Origin: Ostreococcus lucimarinus
Lineage: Eukaryota
Direction: 5' to 3' (one strand)
Assembly: GCA_000092065.1 (NCBI GenBank)
Contig: CP000595.1
DNA: 64,000 nucleotides
Part shown: piece by piece, positions 57,234 to 64,000 of the stretch
Layout of the letters: each line of letters begins with the position of its first letter
How positions within the stretch are numbered: position 1 is the stretch's first letter
Made by a program: the position numbers and the translations under genes
Notes under the pieces: model-generated
What the model was told of the DNA's origin: nothing
Databases searched by the model: none
Seen by the model: only the letters and a program-made list of their open reading frames with translations

Positions 57234-58082
57234 ATGCGCGCCGTCGACCTTTCGTTCGTCGTCCAACCGACACTAAAAAGTGCACCGCGGCTGCGGGCGA
57301 CGTCCGAGCGCTGGCGGCGCGCGCGCGCGCGCGCGTCGCCGCGAGAAGGCGCCGCGTCATCGTCGTCATCGACTGATTCGTGCGTCACGACGCGCGATCT
57401 CGTGGATACGTCGCTGAAGTTTGCCTACGCGTGGGCGGCGTTCGGTTACGTCGTCCCGAGCGCGGCGCTCGCGGCGATGGTCGACGCGGACGATCTCGGC
57501 GCGAGCTTAGCGGTCGTGCAGCTTTCGTGCGAGAGCGCGAAAGCCGCGGCGACGGTGCGGGTGCTGGACGAGATAGATCGGGGCGTGGGAAGTCTGAGCT
57601 CGAGCGACGACGACGGTTTCGTCGCGCGCGGCGCGGCGTTCGGCGGCGTCGCCGTCGTCCTCGCGCGCGCCGTCGATGGATTAGTTTCGACGACGTCGAC
57701 CGTGGACGCCGTCGCGGCTGCCGACGCACCGACATCGCTCATCGCGCACGCGGGTCCGTTCGCTGCGTCGTGCGCCGTCGTCGCGTCGTGCGTCGTCGCT
57801 CCCGCGCTCGAAGAGCTGTTCTTTAGAGGGTTCCTCTGCGAGGACATTCGTCGACGCACGTCCAACGCCGCGCTCGCGATCGGCGTTTCTTCGGCCATCT
57901 TCGCGCTCGCGCACTTTTCTTTGCCAGACGTCCCATCGCTGTTCGCGTGCGGCGTCGTCTTCGCGCTCGCGAGTCAAAGTCGCGGAGGCGTTCGCTCCGC
58001 CTTCGTCGCGCACGCGCTGTTCAACTCCAGCGTCCTCATCGAGCGCGCCGCGGTCGCGCGCGCCATCGTCGACGCATCATAG
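57234..58082 (+). CDS. CPBP-family (CAAX protease/Abi) intramembrane metalloprotease
   Basis: The EELFFRG motif, ...FALAHF..., multiple TM helices. The ORF-track start at 57087 is TTG; the first ATG is at 57234. Confidence 0.7.
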   Translation: MRAVDLSFVVQPTLKSAPRLRATSERWRRARARASPREGAASSSSSTDSCVTTRDLVDTSLKFAYAWAAFGYVVPSAALAAMVDADDLGASLAVVQLSCESAKAAATVRVLDEIDRGVGSLSSSDDDGFVARGAAFGGVAVVLARAVDGLVSTTSTVDAVAAADAPTSLIAHAGPFAASCAVVASCVVAPALEELFFRGFLCEDIRRRTSNAALAIGVSSAIFALAHFSLPDVPSLFACGVVFALASQSRGGVRSAFVAHALFNSSVLIERAAVARAIVDAS

Positions 58083-58167
58083 CTCGCGCGGGCGTCTGAG
58101 CGCGCCTCTCATCGTACAGTGCTGTGGTATTCATTCCATTCTAGTTTGCTACTTGCCCTCGCCGCGT

Positions 58168-58599
58168 CTAGTCCTTGATCCGCTCCAGCTCCGCCAATCG
58201 CTCCATGATCGCCCGCTTACTCGTATCCTGCACCTCCCCTCCCAATAAAAACTCATCCACGAGCAAGTACACCTTCTGGAAGTTGAACACCAGATCGAGT
58301 TCGCACACGTTGGCGAAGAAGTGATCCAGCATCTCCACGAATAAGTGAATCGATTCCAAGTGCGTCAGCTCGTTGTCGTTCAGGTCCACGCACAGCGAGA
58401 AGAACAACCCGGCGTAGCGTCTGTATATCACTTTATAGTTGCGAAACTCCACGAAGTTCGTGTGCTTCGGGTCGCGGTTGACGACGAGGCGGTGGACTTC
58501 GGATTCTAATTTTCGCTTTTCATCGTCGGCGAACGGGACGTAATACTTGGCCAAGCGCGTCTTGCCTTGACGGTTTTGGAGCAGGATGAAGCGTATCAT
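58168..58599 (-). CDS. Clathrin adaptor complex sigma (small) subunit
   Basis: [23 protein letters not shown]...[14 protein letters not shown]...ERLAELE, 143 aa, full-length AP sigma. ATG at 58599. Confidence 0.9.
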   Translation of the reverse strand: MIRFILLQNRQGKTRLAKYYVPFADDEKRKLESEVHRLVVNRDPKHTNFVEFRNYKVIYRRYAGLFFSLCVDLNDNELTHLESIHLFVEMLDHFFANVCELDLVFNFQKVYLLVDEFLLGGEVQDTSKRAIMERLAELERIKD

Positions 58600-58760
58600 C
58601 GATCGGTTTCGACGTCGGGCGGTGCGTGACGCGCGCGGTGGCGACGCGCGCGCGCGTGTGCGGACCGCGAAGGATGACTGAGGACCTGGGCCGTCTCGAG
58701 GCGTCGCGGCTTTGTACGAGGTGCAAGATTTCTGATTTAAAATTATTAATTGTGCTTGAT

Positions 58761-60479
58761 TTATTCGGGAACGATGATGACTTTAAGCACGGCCTCGCCC
58801 ATGATGCGATGGACGCCGACGATGGCGTCGCCCGGTTTCACTAAACCTAAAATGTCGCGGCAGTGTACGATGGCGTTGCGCATGACTTCTTGCGGGTGGC
58901 CGCTCTCGCCGCGCCACGCCGGGTTCTCCAAGAGAGGTACGAGGCCGCGCGTGATGAGCGAGCGGTGCACGACGTCAAGAGCGCGACCTTGGTGATCGGG
59001 CTCTTCGATGCAAACGTTCACGATGCGAGTCTCGGGTCGATACTTGGCGATCATTTGCGCCGTGTGACCGGTGCGAGACAACGTAACGATGAGCGCGGCG
59101 TTCACCTTTTGCGCGGTACGAACGGCGGACGAAGCCAAGGCTTCGGTGATGCCGAGCGGGATCACTTGCTGCTCGAGAATTTGGAAATAGCTCGCGACGT
59201 CATCGACGTACGCTTCGGCTTCGCGACAGATGGACGCCATGCACTTGACCGCGTCTATGGCGTAGTTGCCCGCGGCGGTTTCCCCGGAGAGCATCACGGC
59301 GTCGGTACCGTCGAGAATAGCGTTGGCCACGTCCGTGGCCTCCGCGCGCGTCGGGCGCGGGGCACCCGTCATGGATTCCAACATTTGCGTCGCCGTCACG
59401 ACGGGCTTACCCGCCAAGTTGCACCGCTTGATCATGCGCTTTTGCGCCAAGAATATTTGTTCCATGCGAATCTCCATACCCAAGTCGCCGCGAGCGACCA
59501 TGACGCCGTCGGACTTTTCGACGATGTCGTTAAAGTTATCTAAGCCCTCCATGTTCTCAACCTTGGAGATGATGGAAACTTTATTCGCGAAGTCGCCGAG
59601 AACGGAGCGAATGTACTCGACGTCGCTTCCCTTGCGAACGAACGAGGCGGCGATGAAGTCGACGTTGTTCTTCACCCCCCACTCGATCAAATCGTGGCGA
59701 TCCTTCTCGGTGATCGTGGGCAAGTTCACGTTGACGCCCGGCAAGTTCATGTTCTTGCGCTCGCCGAGCTTGGCGCTGTTTTCGAGGCGGCATCGCACCT
59801 CGCCCTTGGCGACGTCGCACTCGAGCACGGTGAAGGTGACGGAACCGTCGGCGCACAAAATCTTCGAACCGGGCTTGACGTCCTTGGCCAAGTCCGGATA
59901 CGACACCGCGAGCTTTTCCGCGCTACCCTTGAACTCGTAGTCCGTGGTGAGCACGATCTCCTTCCCCGCTTCGAGCATCACCGGTCCCCCGCACGCGAGC
60001 ATCCCGGTGCGAATCTCCGGCCCCTTGGTATCGAGCAGCACCCCGCAATCGACGCCCGTGTTCGCGCACGCCGCGCGCAAATTATCCAACGTCTCCTGGT
60101 GATACTCGTGCGAGCCGTGCGAAAAGTTGAACCGCGCGACCGACATCCCCGCCCTCAACATTTCCTCCAAAATCTCCACCGTTCGCGACACCGGTCCGAG
60201 CGTGCAGATGATCTTCGACTTGAACCCAATCCTCTGCGAGTCTTTCGCCCGAAACGCCGCCTCGCTGTCGTTAAACGCATAGTCCTCGCTCGCCTCCCCC
60301 CCGTTCTCCAGCACGTGCGCCGCGCGCCAATCCCCGACCGATCCTTTGCTCGCCAGCGCGCTCAGCGCTCGCTGGCTCGACAGCCCCGCCAAGGCCACCG
60401 TCCGCCGTCGTTTCTCGTCCCCTCGCGCGTCATCGTGCACGATGGGATCCACGCTCGAGTTTCGCGCGTTCAGTCCCAT
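58761..60479 (-). CDS. Pyruvate kinase, paralog 2 (inverted duplicate of 44065..45648)
   Basis: The core from [11 protein letters not shown] through [10 protein letters not shown] is about 98 % identical at the nucleotide level, including synonymous sites, to paralog 1; the termini are diverged. The probable ATG (MGLNARNSS) is at 60479; the ORF-track extension to 61277 is R-rich and runs antisense to DAPB. Confidence 0.9.
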   Translation of the reverse strand: MGLNARNSSVDPIVHDDARGDEKRRRTVALAGLSSQRALSALASKGSVGDWRAAHVLENGGEASEDYAFNDSEAAFRAKDSQRIGFKSKIICTLGPVSRTVEILEEMLRAGMSVARFNFSHGSHEYHQETLDNLRAACANTGVDCGVLLDTKGPEIRTGMLACGGPVMLEAGKEIVLTTDYEFKGSAEKLAVSYPDLAKDVKPGSKILCADGSVTFTVLECDVAKGEVRCRLENSAKLGERKNMNLPGVNVNLPTITEKDRHDLIEWGVKNNVDFIAASFVRKGSDVEYIRSVLGDFANKVSIISKVENMEGLDNFNDIVEKSDGVMVARGDLGMEIRMEQIFLAQKRMIKRCNLAGKPVVTATQMLESMTGAPRPTRAEATDVANAILDGTDAVMLSGETAAGNYAIDAVKCMASICREAEAYVDDVASYFQILEQQVIPLGITEALASSAVRTAQKVNAALIVTLSRTGHTAQMIAKYRPETRIVNVCIEEPDHQGRALDVVHRSLITRGLVPLLENPAWRGESGHPQEVMRNAIVHCRDILGLVKPGDAIVGVHRIMGEAVLKVIIVPE

Positions 60480-60912
60480 CTCGATCGCCCTCTCGCGCGT
60501 CCCGTCGCCCTCGCCGCGCCGACGTTCGATTCCAAATTCCGAATGCGCCACCGATCGATCCGGCGGCGGCGAACGATCGCGCGTCTCTCGCGCGTCTCTC
60601 GCCTCGTCTCGCCCCCGCGCGCGCTCGGTTCGCTCGATCGACGCCTCGCGCGCGTTCGCTCGCGTCCGGGCTCGCGCGCCGCGGTCGCGCGCGTCGTCGT
60701 GTCGCGTCTGTGCGCGAACACACCCGGGATCGCCGCGTCGGCGCGCGCGATCGATCGCGCGCGCGCGCGACGCCGCGATCGTCGCGCGAGGTTCGACGCG
60801 CGCGCGTCGACCCTCGACCGTCGATCGATCGATCGCTCGAGCGATCGATCGATCGATCGCGCGCGCGCGCGGCGCCGCACACGACGACGGGCGACGCGCG
60901 CGCGCGCGCGCG

Positions 60913-61902
60913 ATGCGCGGCGCGGCGCTCGAGCGCGCGTCCGCGGCGCGCGGCGCGGGACGACGCGCGATCGCGCGCGCGCGGGGCGACGGCGGCGCGA
61001 TGCGCGCGCGCGGGCGCGCGATCGTCGCGACGCGCGCGAGCGCGGACGGCGCGACGACGCGCGTGATGGTGAACGGGGTGAGCGGAAAGATGGGACACGC
61101 GACGGCGTGCGGCGTGGTCAAGCGCGCGGGGTTCGAGCTGGTGCCGTACGCGCTGACGAAGCGGGCGACGGCGGCGACGACGGATGTGCTGGGGACGGAG
61201 GTGCGAGGCGTGGACGTCGGCGAGGAGGACGCGGGAGAGACGCTGGAACGCGCGAAACGGGAGTATCCGGGGTTCATCGTGGTGGATTACACGCAACCGG
61301 ACAGCGTGAACTCGAACGCGGCGCTGTACGTGAAGCACGGGGTGCCGTTCGTGATGGGGACGACGGGGGGTGACCGCGAACGCATGCTCCGAGAGGTGAA
61401 GGAGAGCGGAAATTACGCCGTGATCGCGCCGCAGATGGGGAAGCAGGTGGTGGCGTTTCAAGCGGCGATGAAATTGATGGCCGAACAGTTTCCCGGCGCG
61501 TTCGAGGGGTACACGCTGACGGTGACGGAATCGCACCAGAGTAGTAAAAAGGATACGAGCGGCACGGCGAAAGCCATCGTGGCGTCGTTCAACGATCTCG
61601 GGTGTGGGTTCGATTTGAACGATATCGAGCTCGTGCGCGACGTGGAGAGCCAAACGGGGAAGATGGGCGTGCCCGAAGAACACTTGTTGGGGCACGCGTT
61701 TCACACCTATCGCCTGACGAGCGCGGACGGCACGGTTTCGTTTGAGTTTCAGCACAACGTGTGCGGACGAAGCATTTACGCCGAAGGTACGGTCGACGCG
61801 GTGGGGTTCTTAAAGCGCAAGGTGGACGCGAAGGATCCAAAAACGTTGTACGACATGATCGACGTCTTGAAAGAGGGCGCTATGGGGGAGTGGGTCAAGT
61901 GA
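60913..61902 (+). CDS. DAPB: 4-hydroxy-tetrahydrodipicolinate reductase, plant/plastid type (DAPB)
   Basis: VMVNGVSGKMGHA...PFVMGTTGGDRERM...PQMGKQVVAFQAAMKLMAEQFPGAF...ESHQSSKKDTSGTAKA...FQHNVCGRSIYAEGTVDA is near-identical to the plant DAPB consensus. ATG at 60913. Confidence 0.9.
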   Translation: MRGAALERASAARGAGRRAIARARGDGGAMRARGRAIVATRASADGATTRVMVNGVSGKMGHATACGVVKRAGFELVPYALTKRATAATTDVLGTEVRGVDVGEEDAGETLERAKREYPGFIVVDYTQPDSVNSNAALYVKHGVPFVMGTTGGDRERMLREVKESGNYAVIAPQMGKQVVAFQAAMKLMAEQFPGAFEGYTLTVTESHQSSKKDTSGTAKAIVASFNDLGCGFDLNDIELVRDVESQTGKMGVPEEHLLGHAFHTYRLTSADGTVSFEFQHNVCGRSIYAEGTVDAVGFLKRKVDAKDPKTLYDMIDVLKEGAMGEWVK

Positions 61903-61949
61903 GCGCCGCGCAGAACAAAATCTAATAAAGAAACAAACGTCATCTACTA

Positions 61950-63014
61950 TCACGCTACTAGTCTACCTAAACGCACGAGACCGCGCTCGGCGTCGACGAC
62001 TAACGCGCCTTGATTTCGCAAGACGGATAATCCAGCGAAGACGATGTGAAAATCGTCCCCGCAGCCCGGCCACGGAACGTCGATGGGGGTGACGACGAAT
62101 AAACAATCCTCGCTCAGCTTGCACGTCCGCAGCGACGAGCCGCAATACTTTGTCTCACCGTTCGTGTCCGTGAACTTCATGTGCGTCTGGTACGTGCCGA
62201 GATGAAAATCGCTGTCTTCGTACAACTGCCGATCGACGAGCATGCCCGTGGTGCCGCTGTCGAAGACGACGTAAATCGGCTTGGACGTCTCGAACCGCTC
62301 GCCGTTTATCCACAGCTCGTCGCACGGCGTCGCGTAGTGGTACACCGGCGCCCCGATCGAGCGCAAATCCACCGTTCGCAAGACCCCGATCTCGCTCTCA
62401 TCGACGAGCGAGTCCCGACTCAGCGTCAGCGTCTCGCGCTCGAAATCCAACGCGAAGCTCGCGATGTCCGTCTGTTGCAAGAAACTCGGTCGAATGCCCC
62501 GTTCGCGATTCGTGTACTTCACCAACCCCACGAACGGCGCCGCGTCTCGTCCTCGCACGTCATCCGTGACGCCGAACACCAAATCTTCAAACTCCAAGCT
62601 CCCCAGCGTCGCTCGCTTACCCGCGTACCACGACGTTCGTCCGTCCGCCTGCAGCCCGTACGTCTCGAACGTCGCGTCGTACGCCTCGAACCGCACGTCC
62701 TCGGCCTCGACGCACCCCCAACCCGCGCCCGCCCCGCTCGCGTCGCACCCTCGCCGCTGCGACGTCAGAAACGGCGACCCGGTGTCGACGACGCCTCGCA
62801 GCGTCCTCGCCGCGTCGCCCAGCGTCCACTCGACGGCGTACGCGCCGCCGCGCTCGAGCGTCATCGGCACCGTCGTCGTCGCCGCGTTCCGTCGCAGCGC
62901 CTCGAACGCGTCCGCGTACTGCGCGCGAAGCGTATCGCTCGCGCTCGCGTCTCTCCGCGTCGCGAGCGCGCTCGCGGACGCGCACGACAGCGCGAACGTC
63001 CGCCGCGGCATCAT
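61950..63014 (-). CDS. Pepsin-like aspartic peptidase (A1 family)
   Basis: Catalytic DTGSP and DSGTT motifs. The probable start is MMPRRTFALSCAS (signal-like) at about 63014; the ORF-track extension to 63854 is R-rich antisense of the DnaJ gene. Confidence 0.8.
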   Translation of the reverse strand: MMPRRTFALSCASASALATRRDASASDTLRAQYADAFEALRRNAATTTVPMTLERGGAYAVEWTLGDAARTLRGVVDTGSPFLTSQRRGCDASGAGAGWGCVEAEDVRFEAYDATFETYGLQADGRTSWYAGKRATLGSLEFEDLVFGVTDDVRGRDAAPFVGLVKYTNRERGIRPSFLQQTDIASFALDFERETLTLSRDSLVDESEIGVLRTVDLRSIGAPVYHYATPCDELWINGERFETSKPIYVVFDSGTTGMLVDRQLYEDSDFHLGTYQTHMKFTDTNGETKYCGSSLRTCKLSEDCLFVVTPIDVPWPGCGDDFHIVFAGLSVLRNQGALVVDAERGLVRLGRLVA

Positions 63015-63191
63015 CGCGCGCGCATCGCCGTCGTTCGCGACATTCGCGCCGTCGCGCGCGCCCTCGCGCGCCCTCGCACGCGCCCGCGATCTTCGCACGC
63101 GTCGTCGCGGTCGCGTCGGCGTCGTCACTCGCCGCGACGCGCCGCGCGACGCCATCGAGTGGCGTCGCATCGCGTCTCGACGCGTCGCGCG

Positions 63192-64000
63192 ATGATGCCG
63201 CGCGACGACGCGAATACCGCGCGCGACGACGCGTCGCGCGCGCTGACGACGCCCGCGACGACGACCGACCGCGACGATCGCGCGCCGCGCGTCGACGACG
63301 TGTTCAGCACGCGCAGACCGAAAGATCTCGGCGCCGGTCTGAGCTCTGGATTGCAGAGCGCGGCGAAATCGGTGGCGCTCGGCGCGGGCGCGCTGCTCAC
63401 GGCGCCCGTCGTCGGCGCGCGCGAGGACGGCGCGCGAGGGTTCGTCAAGGGACTCGGATTGGGCGTCGCGAGCGCGATCGTGCTGCCGGTGGTCGGGGCG
63501 AGCGTGGGGGTGGCGCAAATCGCGCGCGGCGCCGCGAATACGCCGAGCGCGGTGGCGGCGCGCGCGCGAGGCGAGCGATTCGATCGGAAGACGCGAGAGT
63601 GGGTGGCGGAGGATCTGGCGCGCGATGGGGCGTTTTTGGGGGAGACGAGCGATGGGGCGATATTCGAGCGAGCGGTGAGGCGGGCGGAGACGCGAGGCGC
63701 GCGGCCGGGGATCGGAGGGATGCTCGAGGAGGCGGCGGGATCGAGCGGGGGGGGCGCGAGGGAGACGGAGTATTACGACGCCCTGGAGGTGTCGCCGACG
63801 GCGACGAGCGCGGAGATACGACGGAAATATTATCTTCTGGCGCGAAAGATGCATCCGGATAAGAATCCGAACGATCCCACGGCGAAGGCGCGGTTTCAGG
63901 AAATCGGCGAGGCGTACCAGGTGCTGAGCGACGAAAGTTTGCGACGCAAGTACGACGCGCGCGGGAAGGACGCGCTGGGCGACGTTCCGATCGTGAATCC
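63192..64000 (+). CDS. DnaJ (J-domain) protein, truncated at the 3' end by the window
   Basis: J domain ETEYYDALEVSPTATSAEIRRKYYLLARKMHPDKNPNDPTAKARFQEIGEAYQVLSD with the HPD motif, preceded by a Gly/Ala-rich region. ATG at 63192. Runs off the window. Confidence 0.8.
   Translation, partial: MMPRDDANTARDDASRALTTPATTTDRDDRAPRVDDVFSTRRPKDLGAGLSSGLQSAAKSVALGAGALLTAPVVGAREDGARGFVKGLGLGVASAIVLPVVGASVGVAQIARGAANTPSAVAARARGERFDRKTREWVAEDLARDGAFLGETSDGAIFERAVRRAETRGARPGIGGMLEEAAGSSGGGARETEYYDALEVSPTATSAEIRRKYYLLARKMHPDKNPNDPTAKARFQEIGEAYQVLSDESLRRKYDARGKDALGDVPIVN

Noticed and set aside
60480-61277. N-terminal 266-aa extension of the PK2 ORF (ORF track 58761..61277)
   Set aside because: The extension is R/A-rich and lies antisense to the well-supported DAPB gene. 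Homology to PK1 and a paralog-typical MGL... start begin at 60479.
63015-63854. 280-aa N-terminal extension of the aspartic-protease ORF
   Set aside because: R-rich and antisense to the DnaJ gene (63192-64000). The protease family starts with a signal-like MMPRRTFALS at about 63014.
1-64000. Searched by eye for tRNA T-loop motifs (GGTTCGAATCC-like), CRISPR-like direct repeats with unique spacers, rDNA, and transposon termini or reverse-transcriptase/transposase motifs
   Set aside because: None found. The only regular repeats are the telomere, microsatellites, intragenic coding repeats and the actin-promoter duplication. I cannot exclude small ncRNAs (snoRNAs, tRNAs) without a covariance-model search.

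Overview
This 64-kb window looks like the left end of a nuclear chromosome from a very GC-rich green alga. My estimate by eye is about 65-70 % GC, and nearly all third codon positions are G/C. The lineage guess is Mamiellophyceae (Micromonas/Ostreococcus-like). That guess rests on the plant-type telomere (CCCTAAA)n at 1-~200, a prasinophyte-type Lhcp light-harvesting gene, and about 45 tightly packed genes, many in divergent pairs with under 250 bp between them. It is an inference from sequence features, not a database hit.

Most genes are single-exon. At least eight genes carry short spliceosomal introns that the six-frame ORF track splits or truncates: RPS27, a C2-domain gene, organellar uL4, LSm6, FTRC, Lhcp, RPL23 and probably others. 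These introns share a donor GTGCGY/GTACGT, a branch-point motif ACTGAC 22-36 nt upstream of the acceptor, and an acceptor (C)GCAG. Several genes have a tiny first exon (ATG alone or ATG plus 1-4 codons); in Lhcp the first exon is 66 nt. The ORF finder evidently accepts GTG/TTG starts, so several listed 'M' starts are not ATG, and I corrected start positions where I could.

I found no CRISPR array, no tRNA/rRNA recognisable by eye, no transposon, and no prokaryote-style defence system. The structures most worth a second look are:
- a low-GC island, whose lowest-GC core (~34.36-35.50 kb, inside the interval between the two copies) carries a nucleotide-sugar-transferase-like ORF. The ORF is fused in frame to a duplicated copy of the actin promoter plus the first 27 actin codons, giving a chimeric gene;
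- two pyruvate-kinase paralogs in inverted orientation about 14 kb apart, with a ~1-kb core that is nearly identical at the nucleotide level (gene conversion);
- a Strawberry-notch helicase ending in a Rad18-type UBZ4 zinc finger, sitting 675 bp from the telomere;
- a metacaspase homolog whose catalytic His and Cys are both replaced and which ends in a CaaX box;
- a histidine-rich tandem-repeat protein;
- a recurrent (ATCG)n motif in promoters and 5' introns.

All product calls come from motif recognition by eye; I ran no database search.
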